A DNA stretch of 64,000 nt from assembly GCA_964638895.1 (NCBI GenBank), contig CAZWYY010000009.1, positions 10,679 through 74,678 of the forward strand. Direction: 5' to 3'. Below the pieces are notes generated by a model. It had not been told where the DNA came from and did no database searches. It saw only the letters and a list, made by a program, of their open reading frames with translations. Positions 1 through 10,200 of this stretch are shown in pieces; position 1 is the first letter of the stretch, and each line of letters begins with the position of its first letter. A program made the position numbers and the translations under genes. The DNA is from an uncultured Spirochaetaceae bacterium (GTDB lineage: Bacteria; Spirochaetota; Spirochaetia; SZUA-6; RPPD01).

Positions 1-333
1 TACAGAAAGCGATTGTTTTTCCCCGCTTTTGGAATCATAGGCCGTGGCCGCCAGATTTCCGTTTTCATCGAGCCCGATATTGAGCTCAATCTCGGGCTCG
101 CCCTTGGGCGCCGGACCTATGTTTTCAATGACAAGGCTTCCGATATAGGTGTCTTCGAACAACACCTCTCCGCTGCCTTTAAAAAGATCAATCTGCACGT
201 TTTCCTGATTGTCCCGGACGGTGGTAAGGACCAGCTTTTTCTTGCCGTGAAAGTGCTCATCGAACACAGGATAAAAATGGCCGTCGGCCAGCTTGATGCC
301 GATTTGTTTTTTACTTTTATCTTCCGGTTCCAT
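1..333 (-). CDS. N-terminal part of a spirochaete protein with an Hsp70/DnaK substrate-binding-like domain (family often carries a C-terminal LysM); runs off the window edge
   Basis: Not in the ORF track. Manual translation from ATG at 333: MEPEDKSKKQIGIKLADGHFYPVFDEH...KKLVLTTVRDNQENVQIDLF...YIGSLVIENIGPAPKGEPEIELNIGLDENGNL, matching the DnaK SBD pattern (T..DNQ..V.I / IPPAPRG.PQIEV.F.ID.NG.L). Open to base 1. Confidence 0.75.
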   Translation of the reverse strand, partial: MEPEDKSKKQIGIKLADGHFYPVFDEHFHGKKKLVLTTVRDNQENVQIDLFKGSGEVLFEDTYIGSLVIENIGPAPKGEPEIELNIGLDENGNLAATAYDSKSGEKQSLSV

Positions 334-418
334 TACCTAGAAGCCTATATCGAGAATGGGATTTTGTCAACGAAAAAAAAGCACTAAAGGGTTCGGTTTT
401 GTGAATGAATTTGCTTCC

Positions 419-446
419 TTGACAATCTACCCCTGTGCCCTATAAT
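419..446 (+). promoter_or_regulatory. sigma70-type promoter for the TPR gene
   Basis: TTGACA (419-424), 16 nt spacer, TATAAT (441-446); the GTG start follows 6 nt later. Confidence 0.7.
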
Positions 447-452
447 TAAATT

Positions 453-1832
453 GTGTTGGAATATTTGCCGTATATAATCATCACCTTCGCCGCGTTAGTG
501 TTTTTGGGGCTGGTTCTTTCCCTTATCCTTAGGCGCGACACCTCCGAACCAAAGAAAAAAAAGAAAAAAATAAAATCCAAAGACAGAAACAAAATTATAC
601 GGGAAGCAAACAAGCGGCTTATCCAGAACCCCAAAGACCACGAGGCGCTCATGGCCCTGGCGGACCTTTATTTTAAGGAAGGAATTTACGATAAGGCCAT
701 GAATTATTACCGCACCCTGATTGAGCTTTGCGCCACCAACCTTGACATCAATGAATTCGAGGTAACCCTGCGCTTCGGCCTGTCGGCCTTTAAGCTGCAG
801 GAATACGATGAAGCCTATAAAAGCCTGGTGATCGCCTTTACCATGAATGAGGAAAATTTCGAACTCTGCTATAACCTGGGCTACCTGGAATACCTTAAAA
901 AGGACTACGAAAAAGCCCTGGCCTTTTTCCGTCGCGCGCAGCGCCTGGACACGGAACACGTGCAAACCATTCGTTTTCTGGGGCATAGTTATTTTAGAAA
1001 CAGGCAGTACACGGAGGCCAGTGAAGAGCTGCGCAAAGCCATCGAATTCGAGCCCAATGACAAGGAATCGCTTTTCGCCCTGGCCCAGTGCCACTATGAG
1101 CTGGGACATACGGACCAGGCGCTTACCATCTTCTCACACCTCCGGCTGGACCCCAAACTTGGTCCGAACGCCGCGCTTTTTTCAGGGACCATCCATCTTA
1201 AAAACAACAGTTACCAGAAGGCCATCATGGACCTGGAAATCGGTCTGAAACACAAGAATATACCACAGGAAATCCAGCTTGAATTGAAGTACCGCCTGGC
1301 CATCGCCTATTTGAAGGACGGCAATATGAAACGGGCCCTTGAGCTTCTGGAAAACATCAGGGACGTCAAACCGGATTACAAAGACGTGATGGGCCAGATC
1401 GATCAGTACCGCGAGCTTATGAGTAACAAGGACCTGCAGACCTTTTTAATGGCCTCCAAATCCGAATTCCTCACCCTGTGCCGCAAGGTCGCGGCTAATT
1501 TTTTTGAGGACTCAAAGTCCAAGCTACTCAATATCGCCCTGAACAAAAACGACTACGCCGAAATCCTGGCCGAGATCCACACCAAGCGCTGGGAGGACGT
1601 GGTGCTTTTCCGTTTTATCCGCACCACGGGCACCATCGGCGAGTTGGTCATCAGGGACTTTTATACAAGCTGCCGGGATCATAAGGCGGACCGGGGGTTT
1701 TGTATAACGGCCGGTGATTTCAGCGAGAGCGCCAAACAGTTCACGGAGGCCCGCCTGATAGACCTCATAGACAAAAAGGGTATTGTAGCCTTGTTTCGAA
1801 AGCTGAACCGTGTTCCCGGCCGGAACCTATAG
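453..1832 (+). CDS. Membrane-anchored TPR protein with C-terminal degenerate Mrr-like (restriction endonuclease fold) domain
   Basis: N-terminal TM helix plus poly-Lys, multiple TPR helices (ALMALADLYFKEGIYDKA, YNLGYLEYLKKDYEKA), C-terminal IGELVIRDFY...ADRGFCITAGDFSESAKQF..ARLIDLIDK. Confidence 0.8.
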   Translation: MLEYLPYIIITFAALVFLGLVLSLILRRDTSEPKKKKKKIKSKDRNKIIREANKRLIQNPKDHEALMALADLYFKEGIYDKAMNYYRTLIELCATNLDINEFEVTLRFGLSAFKLQEYDEAYKSLVIAFTMNEENFELCYNLGYLEYLKKDYEKALAFFRRAQRLDTEHVQTIRFLGHSYFRNRQYTEASEELRKAIEFEPNDKESLFALAQCHYELGHTDQALTIFSHLRLDPKLGPNAALFSGTIHLKNNSYQKAIMDLEIGLKHKNIPQEIQLELKYRLAIAYLKDGNMKRALELLENIRDVKPDYKDVMGQIDQYRELMSNKDLQTFLMASKSEFLTLCRKVAANFFEDSKSKLLNIALNKNDYAEILAEIHTKRWEDVVLFRFIRTTGTIGELVIRDFYTSCRDHKADRGFCITAGDFSESAKQFTEARLIDLIDKKGIVALFRKLNRVPGRNL

Positions 1833-1870
1833 CCGCCGTATCCCGCCCGTCCGGCGGGCGCCTCCGGCCG

Positions 1871-2539
1871 CTACACCATATCCGCCCGGCGGGCGATCAA
1901 AACATGCCGTTCCGCTTCCAGAAAGGGCACATGCGTTCTGTAGACCTGAATATGCCTGAAATACGGCCACAGCGCCGTAAGCTCGGCCACGGTCTTTTCA
2001 AGCGTTCCTTTATAGGCAAGGATGAACCCGTCCGGGGACAGGACGCGCGCCAGGTGCGGCAGCAGGGTATGCACTCCGGCCACGGCCCGGAACAGGGCCA
2101 GGTCAAAGCCGTCCGTAACCCGAGCCAGGTCGGTCTCCAGTACGCACACCTGTTCCAGTCCCAGCAGCAGATAGACATTGCGTAGGAAGGCGCAGCGCGT
2201 TGCCGAGCGCTCGCACAGGGTAAACCGCATATGGGGCAGAAACACGGCCAGCGGAACACCTGGCAGGCCCGCGCCCGCGCCCACGTCAAGCACCGTGTGT
2301 ATTTCCCCCAGGCTTTTTATCAGGTTAAGCGGCGCCAGTGAATCAAGCACATGCCTGACCACCAACTCTTCATCCCCGGCCTTCACCAGGTTGTAGCGCG
2401 TATTCCACTTTTTTATTTCCCCTATAAAGGCCAGGAGCCGTTCCATCTGATCCGATGCGTCCTCCAGACCCAGGGCCGCCAGTCCCGCTTGCAACGTCTC
2501 CCGCATGGCCGCCTGTCCGGTGCACAATTTCTCTCTCAT
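1871..2539 (-). CDS. rsmG: 16S rRNA m7G527 methyltransferase RsmG (GidB)
   Basis: KWNTRYNLV, RHVLDSL, LDVGAGAGLPGVPLA motifs; directly downstream of mnmG. Confidence 0.95.
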   Translation of the reverse strand: MREKLCTGQAAMRETLQAGLAALGLEDASDQMERLLAFIGEIKKWNTRYNLVKAGDEELVVRHVLDSLAPLNLIKSLGEIHTVLDVGAGAGLPGVPLAVFLPHMRFTLCERSATRCAFLRNVYLLLGLEQVCVLETDLARVTDGFDLALFRAVAGVHTLLPHLARVLSPDGFILAYKGTLEKTVAELTALWPYFRHIQVYRTHVPFLEAERHVLIARRADMV

Positions 2540-2546
2540 CTCCGGT

Positions 2547-4397
2547 TCAGGCCCCGCCCTTTTTAGTAAGATAGACCAGCAGCACCGCGATATCCGAGTT
2601 CCTCACCCCGGAGATGCGTGAGGCCTGGCCCACGGAAAGCGGCCTGATAACTTTCAACTTCTCCTTACTCTCCTTGGAAAGCCCCTGCATGGCGTCGTAA
2701 TTCAGGCCCCCCGGTATGGAAAGTTTTTCCATGCGCTTGAAGCGCTCCACCTGTTTCTGCTGGCGCCTGAGGTAGCCCTCGTACTTTATATCCAGCTCAA
2801 TGTGTGTGCGCAGGCGGCCGCCGTACTCCTGCACGGAGTCTTCCAGCGCGGCCAGCATGTCCATGGTAAAAGCCGGGTCTTTAAGCACGTAAGCAAAGGG
2901 CTTTCCCATGTACTTCTCCAGGGTGGGGAGCGCCGTAACGTCCTCCGCCCCAACCTTACGCTTCCGTAAAATCTCAGATATTTCATCCAGCTCTTTTAGT
3001 TTTTGCTCGAAGCGCCGCCGGGCCTCTTCGGTCTGCAGGCCCACCGCGTACCCCTTGCCGAACAGGCGGATATCGGCCGTATCGTGCCGCAGGCACAGCC
3101 TGTACTCTGCGCGCGAGGTGAACAGGCGGTAGGGCTCGCGCGTACCCAGGGTAACCAGGTCGTCAAGCATTACCCCGATATAGCTTTCGGCCCGCGAGAG
3201 CACCAGCGGCTTCTGGCGCCGCAGCTCCAGGGCTGCGTTGACGCCCGCCACAAGCCCCTGGGCCGCGGCCTCCTCATAACCGGAGGTGCCGTTGGTCTGG
3301 CCCGCGATAAACAGCCCGGCTAGGCGTTTTGTCTCCAGGCTGGGGTAAAGTTGGGTGGGGTCCAGGTAATCATACTCCACCGCGTACCCCGGCCGCATAA
3401 TCACCACGTGTTCCAATCCGGGTACGGTGCGCAGGAACTGTTCCTGCACCTGTTCGGGCAGGGAGGAGGAGATACCGTTCAGGTACATCTCTTCGGTGTC
3501 CAAGCCCTCAGGCTCCACAAAGATCTGATGCCGCCCGCGGTCGGGAAACCTCATGACCTTGTCCTCGATGGACGGGCAGTAACGCGGGCCTATGCCCACA
3601 ATCTTGCCGCCGTACAGCGGCGAGCTGCCGATGTTGTCGCGGATGATCTTGTGGGTCTTTTCGTTGGTATAGGTAACGTGGCAGGGCACACGCGGCCGCT
3701 CCACCCGTTCATAGGCAAAGGAAAAGGGCTGTGCCGCCTCATCACCCTGCTGCTCTTCCATTTTGGAAAAATCTAGGGAGCTCTTCAGCACCCGGGCCGG
3801 CGTGCCGGTCTTCAGCCTGCCCACGCTAAAGCCCATGCGGCGCAGGCTTCGGCCCAGACCCACGGCGGCCGGCTCCCCCAGTCGGCCGGAAGAGGCCTGG
3901 AAGGCGCCGATAAAGATTTTGGCCTCCATGAACGTGCCGGTGGTCAGCACCACCGCCTTGGCCGAAAACTTTCGCCCCCGTTCGGTGACCACCCCCCGCA
4001 CCTTTGTGCCTTTGGCATCAAGCAGCAGATCGATCACCGTGTCCTGGAACAGGAACAAGTGCTTTTCCAGCTCCAGGGTCTGTTTGGCCAAAAGCGCGTA
4101 GGCGGCCTTGTCGGCCTGGGCGCGCGGGGCCTGCACGGCCGGCCCTTTGCTGCGGTTTAATATCCTGAACTGGATCATGGTTTGGTCTATAAACCTGGCC
4201 ATCTGGCCGCCCAGGGCGTCGATCTCCCGCACCACATTACCCTTGGCCAGCCCGCCAATGGCGGGGTTGCAGGAAAGCCTGCCGATGCAATCCAGGCTTT
4301 GGGTGATAAAAAGCGTCTGTAATCCCAGGCGGGCCAGGGCCAGCCCGGCCTCTATGCCGGCATGTCCCCCGCCGATCACTATGGCGTCAAAATCCAT
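2547..4397 (-). CDS. mnmG: tRNA uridine-5-carboxymethylaminomethyl(34) synthesis enzyme MnmG (GidA)
   Basis: [63 protein letters not shown]; start set at ATG 4397. Confidence 0.97.
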   Translation of the reverse strand: MDFDAIVIGGGHAGIEAGLALARLGLQTLFITQSLDCIGRLSCNPAIGGLAKGNVVREIDALGGQMARFIDQTMIQFRILNRSKGPAVQAPRAQADKAAYALLAKQTLELEKHLFLFQDTVIDLLLDAKGTKVRGVVTERGRKFSAKAVVLTTGTFMEAKIFIGAFQASSGRLGEPAAVGLGRSLRRMGFSVGRLKTGTPARVLKSSLDFSKMEEQQGDEAAQPFSFAYERVERPRVPCHVTYTNEKTHKIIRDNIGSSPLYGGKIVGIGPRYCPSIEDKVMRFPDRGRHQIFVEPEGLDTEEMYLNGISSSLPEQVQEQFLRTVPGLEHVVIMRPGYAVEYDYLDPTQLYPSLETKRLAGLFIAGQTNGTSGYEEAAAQGLVAGVNAALELRRQKPLVLSRAESYIGVMLDDLVTLGTREPYRLFTSRAEYRLCLRHDTADIRLFGKGYAVGLQTEEARRRFEQKLKELDEISEILRKRKVGAEDVTALPTLEKYMGKPFAYVLKDPAFTMDMLAALEDSVQEYGGRLRTHIELDIKYEGYLRRQQKQVERFKRMEKLSIPGGLNYDAMQGLSKESKEKLKVIRPLSVGQASRISGVRNSDIAVLLVYLTKKGGA

Positions 4398-4398
4398 G

Positions 4399-5775
4399 CT
4401 ATTTCCCCACACAGAAGCGGGAGAACATGGCCCGCAGAATCTCATCCGAGGTGACCTCGCCCGTGATATACCCCAGTGCGTCCAGCGCCTCCTTCAGGTC
4501 TACGGCCAAAAGGTCAAGCGAAACACCAAGGTCCAGCGCCTCACGTGCCCGCTTCAGGGCGGCCAGGCCCTGTTCCAAATACTGTTTCTGGTGCAGCGAG
4601 TCGATGACCGCGGCCTCGGACTCCCGCGGCCCCTCCCCGATCAGGCGCTTTTCGATCTCCCGTTCCAGCTCCCGCAGGCCCTGTCCGGACAGGGCGCTTA
4701 AGACCGCAAATCCGCGCGGCGGCCTGCCGCGGCCGATGTCGCACTTGTTCCAGACCCTGATAAGCCTTCCATCCCCGCGGTGCGCCGTGAAAAAGGCCTC
4801 GTCCTCGGCCGTAAGGCCCGCCGCCGCGTCCGTCAGGTAGACAACCAGGTCCGCGTTTTGGATCAGGTTCCCACTGCGGCGGATGCCCTCGGCCTCTACC
4901 GGGTGCTCGGCCGCGCGCAGCCCCGCGGTGTCGTACAGCCGCACCGGGATGCCGGCCACTGAGACGGCCCCCTCGATAAAATCGCGCGTGGTACCGTGAA
5001 ACTCGGACACGATCGAGCGGTCCTCGCGTAGCAGCAGGTTGAACAGGGTGGATTTACCCGAGTTGGTGCGGCCGGCCAGGGCCACGGTGACCCCTTCCTG
5101 GTAGATACGCCCGGCCCGGTAGGTGTCGAGCAGCGCCCGCATCTCACCGATAATCCCATCCAAGGGCCCCGGCGAAAGTACGCCGCGCTCATACTCCTCG
5201 TCCGGGTAGTCCAGGCGCACCTCCACCGCGCTTAAAAAATCCGTAAGGCGTGATTTTAAGCCGTCTATGATCTTCTCTATCCCGCCTGACAGCCTGTTCA
5301 GGGCCAGGCGGCGCGCCTTGTCCGAGCCGGCATGTATGATCTCGTTTACCGCCTCTGCCCGGGTGAGGTCCATCTTGCCGTTTAAAAACGCGCGCAGGGT
5401 ATACTCCCCCGGGTTGGCCTGCCGGAAGCCGGTTTGGTACAGTAGGGCCAGCGTCTTTTTTACGGCCGCCGGGCTGCCGTGGCAGAAGAGCTCCACCGCG
5501 TCCTCCCCGGTATAACTGTGGGGCGTGCGGTAGACGGCTGCCAGCACCTCGTCCACCGCCTGCTTGTCCCGCGGATCATACAGCACGCCCCTGGACAGGG
5601 AGTAGCCCTTTTTACGGGCCAGGGTTTCTTCCCCCTTGCCGCACTTAAACAATGCGTCTATTTTTTCTATGCAGCCCCCTCCCGACACCCTGATGACCGC
5701 GATAGCACTCTCGCCCCAGGGCGTGGCCAAGGCCGCGATCGGATCATGCGGGTTGAGGTCCTTGTGTTTGACCAT
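4399..5775 (-). CDS. mnmE: tRNA modification GTPase MnmE (TrmE)
   Basis: [58 protein letters not shown]-terminal FSRFCVGK; start at ATG 5775. Confidence 0.97.
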   Translation of the reverse strand: MVKHKDLNPHDPIAALATPWGESAIAVIRVSGGGCIEKIDALFKCGKGEETLARKKGYSLSRGVLYDPRDKQAVDEVLAAVYRTPHSYTGEDAVELFCHGSPAAVKKTLALLYQTGFRQANPGEYTLRAFLNGKMDLTRAEAVNEIIHAGSDKARRLALNRLSGGIEKIIDGLKSRLTDFLSAVEVRLDYPDEEYERGVLSPGPLDGIIGEMRALLDTYRAGRIYQEGVTVALAGRTNSGKSTLFNLLLREDRSIVSEFHGTTRDFIEGAVSVAGIPVRLYDTAGLRAAEHPVEAEGIRRSGNLIQNADLVVYLTDAAAGLTAEDEAFFTAHRGDGRLIRVWNKCDIGRGRPPRGFAVLSALSGQGLRELEREIEKRLIGEGPRESEAAVIDSLHQKQYLEQGLAALKRAREALDLGVSLDLLAVDLKEALDALGYITGEVTSDEILRAMFSRFCVGK

Positions 5776-5914
5776 TCCTAAAAGATATAGAAAAAAGGCT
5801 TGGGATGCAATATCGTTGCCGGCCGCGCTCATATGGCGCGCCGGGTACACGGTTCTCACCACTAATGAAAAGTTATTGGAAAAACACGGCAAGATAGATG
5901 AAAATTAAAGCAAG

Positions 5915-7234
5915 ATGCTCATAAAAAATGTTGTGGCTCCCGCAATCATCCTATTTGCGTTTTTCTCCGTTTCATGCGCCGGCGGCTCCTCCAAAAAGCC
6001 ACCCGCTGTGCAAAACGGGAAAATAGATGTGAGCGGATGGGATTTTTACAATGACGGCTACATACCGCTTGACGGGAACTGGGAGTTTTACTGGAACCGG
6101 CTCCTGGGGCCCGGGGACTTTACACATAAAAACCCCGCGCTTACGCCTACGGGATTCTTTCCCGTACCGGGGGTGTGGAAGGATTACAACGGCGGGGGGA
6201 AATCATTCCCCCCGCATGGGTATGCCACCTATCGCCTGCTGATCAGGAACGCGGACACCAGGCTGTTGTTCGGCATGATCGTACCCGATACGGGAACGGC
6301 GGACAAGGTGTTTATAAACGGCAGGACGATAACGTCAAGCGGGATTGTGGGAACCTCAAGCAAGCGGAGTGAACCCCAATACAGAAACAGGTATGCCTGT
6401 TTCCGCACCGAACAGCCCGATATCGAGCTTATTGTGCAGGTTTCCAATTTTCATTACTGGAAAGGGGGTCTCTGGAATACCATCCTGTTGGGGGAAGCGC
6501 AGGCGGTTTCTGCGGAAGAAATGACAAGGGCCGCCACCGACCTGATCCTGATGGGCGCCGTGGCCGTGATCGCCATTTACAGCCTGACGCTGTTTATATT
6601 AATCGGAAAAGATCCGGCTTCGATCTATTTTTCCCTTTTCTGCTTATTGACCGTTTTTCGCATAGGCGCGACGGGGTATATATTATTCACGCATGTGTTT
6701 CCGAATTTTAACTGGGAGCTGTTGATTAAACTGGAGATCTGCCCGTTTTACCTGGGCGTCTTTCTTTTTACAAAATACATCTTTTGTATTTTCCCGGAGA
6801 TCATCCCTCAAATACTGGTCAAGGTCTCAACATACTATATGATTATTTTTATGCTCATCCTCATCGCCGCCCCCGCGGTATTATACAGCAACCTGATCCT
6901 GCCCACACAGGTTCTAGTGATCGGATTTACACTCACGGAGCTGATTTTACTGATAAAGGGGCTGCTGAAACAGATAAAAGGCACCTTCATCGTCTTATCC
7001 GGTCTTTTATTCCTTTTTTTGACCGTGGTAAACGACGTGTTGTTTTCAAACAAGGTCATTCAGACGGTGTATCTGTTTCCGTTGGGAGTGCTGGTTTTCT
7101 TTTTCTCCCAATCTTTTATTATTTCCCTGCGAACATTCAAGGAGCTGAAGTTTAATTCGCAGGTATTATTCAGTCCCGAAGGCAATAATATGTTTAATCC
7201 GGCTGATCGCCGACGCATGGAGATCAAAGATTGA
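5915..7234 (+). CDS. 7TM-DISM-type membrane sensor (extracellular beta-sandwich plus 7TM region) with no cytoplasmic output domain
   Basis: LDGNWEFYWNRLL, VPGVW, GYATYRL, VQVSNFHYWKGGLW followed by about seven hydrophobic segments and a short tail. Confidence 0.8.
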   Translation: MLIKNVVAPAIILFAFFSVSCAGGSSKKPPAVQNGKIDVSGWDFYNDGYIPLDGNWEFYWNRLLGPGDFTHKNPALTPTGFFPVPGVWKDYNGGGKSFPPHGYATYRLLIRNADTRLLFGMIVPDTGTADKVFINGRTITSSGIVGTSSKRSEPQYRNRYACFRTEQPDIELIVQVSNFHYWKGGLWNTILLGEAQAVSAEEMTRAATDLILMGAVAVIAIYSLTLFILIGKDPASIYFSLFCLLTVFRIGATGYILFTHVFPNFNWELLIKLEICPFYLGVFLFTKYIFCIFPEIIPQILVKVSTYYMIIFMLILIAAPAVLYSNLILPTQVLVIGFTLTELILLIKGLLKQIKGTFIVLSGLLFLFLTVVNDVLFSNKVIQTVYLFPLGVLVFFFSQSFIISLRTFKELKFNSQVLFSPEGNNMFNPADRRRMEIKD

Positions 7235-10200
7235 TGAAGACGGACAATAAAGACATATTAAAATCCTTTTTAAGCATATTTCTTCCGTTGACAGTCTCAC
7301 TGGTTACCGTTGTATTTCTTATTACATTAATTCTTTATTCCCTTGAGTTGGAGAATGAAAAGATTATGGTGGAAAATGAAGAGACGGATCACATAGAAAG
7401 GTTGATCACGATAGTTGGTTCCAGATTCAGGGTGATTGTTTCCGATCTGATCTTCCTGTCCGACCGGTATGAACTGAAGCATATGGTAAACCAAAGCAAA
7501 CAGGCACGGGAGCATTTACTGGACAGTTACGGCAAGTTTTTAGCCGGCATGGCGGTATACGACCGCATGGAATTTTTGGACCGCAATGGAATGGAGGTTT
7601 TTAGGATCGATTATAACAAAGGGAGTCCCTCTATTGTTCCCGGGGACCGGCTGCGCTTTGCGGGGGACCAATCCTATTTCACGCAAACCATGGGTCTTGA
7701 CCACGGTGAGATATATATCTCCCCGTTTGATTTAAAGAGGGACCACGGAAAGATCGAACATCCTTTAACACCCGTAATCAGGTTCGGAGCGCCGGTTTTC
7801 GATGCCGACGGTAAAAAAGCGGGGGTAATCATCCTTTCCTATTTGGGCGATGACCTGTTGTCCTCCCTGGACATAATTTCGTACAACACGATTTCACCGC
7901 AAATTTTGTTGTTGGATTCGGGCGGATACTATATCAAGGGACGCACCCCAGGGGAAGAATGGGGACAGGCGCTCGCAGACAGGAAGAATGACAGGTTCGG
8001 GAACACCTTCCCGGAAACTTGGGAAAACATCAAAAACGCGGACAGCGGACAGGTTACCGATAAGAACGGTCTGTTTACGTTTACCACCATATATCCGCTG
8101 ACGGTGCTCCGACAATCGTGGCTTGGGCCGGATCACGCGCCCGGGCCCGTGGTCAGGACAGGGGAAAAAGGCGAGTACTGGAAACTGATATCGTATATAA
8201 CACCCGACAGGCTTTCATACAAGGCAACAAGACTTTTCCACGTTCTCGGCATCCTGAACACGGTTATTTTCCTTATCCTGGTGGTGACCTCGGTGATCAT
8301 CACCCGTTCCAATATTGTCCGCAAGCTGTCCGAAGAATCGTTAAGACTAAGTAAAGAGCACTACCAGCGCCTGATCGACCTGGCGCCGGATATAATTTAT
8401 TATATCGATCCCGAGGGGAAGATAGTATTCATCAGTTCCGGGATTAAAAAATTGGGCTACAAGCCTGAAGAGCTTGCCGGACGCCCATTCTTTGATATTG
8501 TGCACGATGAAGATAAAGCAAAACTCGGCCACAACGGGGTTGAGCGGCGTACGGGAGACAGGGCCGTAAAGAATCTGGAAATCAGATTAATAAGCGGGTT
8601 GCACCCCCCCGCTAACGGCCGCCCCCACCAGTTGTATTTCAGGATTCGGGCAAGGGGAATATGGAATGTCCCGGACGAGGAGATGAAGCGGCGGGACAAG
8701 GTTTTCCTGGGCACGCTGGGCATCGCCCATGATATCACGGAACGGAGGAAGAACGAAGAGGAGCTCAGGGAAAGCAGGGCGAGTCTGTTCGCCCAGATAG
8801 AAAACAGCGACGCCGGAATCTGGTCGATCGGTAATGACTATATTATCCGGACAATCAATTCAAAGTTTCAAACCGATTTCAAACAGGCCTTCGGCAATTT
8901 GCTTGAGCCGGGATCGGATGTTTTAAAGAACCTTCCCGATGAGCTGCGCGCAGTCTGGAAGGAACGGTATGACAGGGCGCTTGGCGGCGAGAAATTTCAG
9001 GTGATCGACCACCTTGAATACCAGAGCGCGCCTGAATATACGGAGATGTCGTTCAATCCCATCAGCGTAAAGAACAAAATCATCGGGGTCTCCTGTTTCG
9101 CCCTTGATATTACCGAGATAAACAGGGCAAAAGAAACGGCGGAGCTCGCGAACAGGGCAAAGAGCGAGTTTTTGGCCAGGATGAGTCACGAAATCAGAAC
9201 ACCGCTTAACGCAATTGTGGGGTTGAACTACCTTTTAAAGCGCACTCAACTGTCCATAAAACAAAATGAGTACGTGACTAAAATAGAAAATGCGTCAAAA
9301 AGCCTGCTGAATATCATCAGTGATATCCTCGATTTCTCAAAAATAGAGGCGGGGAAATTAACCATAGAGAATATTCAGTTTAATTTGAATACCATAATTA
9401 AAAATATGGTGGATATCATCAAATACAAGGTGTATGAAAAAAAATTGGAGTTTGTCATTGATTACCAGAGGGAGGTGCCCAATATATTGATCGGCGATCC
9501 CATCAGGCTGGGCCAGATTCTTCTCAACCTGATCAATAACGCCGTCAAATTCACGGAGAAGGGTGAGATCCAATTGGTGATTTCGCTTTTAAGTAAAGCG
9601 CCGTCAACCGTTCAGATCCGTTTTGAGGTGAAAGACACGGGCATAGGGTTAAAGGAAAAAGAAATAAAAAACCTTTTTCTGGTGTTTTCCCAGGCCGATA
9701 CCTCTACAACCCGCAGGTATGGGGGGACCGGGCTGGGCCTGGCGATCTGTAAAAAATTAAGCGAGCTCTTGGGCGGGGAGATCGGCGTGGAAAGCACATA
9801 TAAACGGGGAAGCAATTTCTACGTCACCCTTCCGTTTACGGTTATTGAAAACACAGGAGAGACGTTACTCATTCCGGAGGAAATCAGGGGTATCGGCGCG
9901 CTGGTGCTGAAAAAGCAATCCGCTTTGTTTAAAATACTGCAGAGGTACCTGGAGGATTTTTCATTCAAGGTTGAATCCGTTTCCATAAGCAAGGACTTTT
10001 TGGCCCGGTTCAACAAAAACAAAGACGAGTACCGCCTGCTGATCCTCGATTTCGACCTGATGAGTAATGATCTCCTTGATATGTTCAAAGAGCATAAAAC
10101 CGGTACCGATATAAAAACAATCATCATCGGTTCGGCGGAAGATGAAGATATATTGGTCCGGTTCAAGCAAGATGGGATCATAGACGACGTACTGATCAAA

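Noticed and set aside
13-387. 124-aa plus-strand ORF
   Set aside because: Antisense shadow of the minus-strand Hsp70-like gene; no recognisable motifs.
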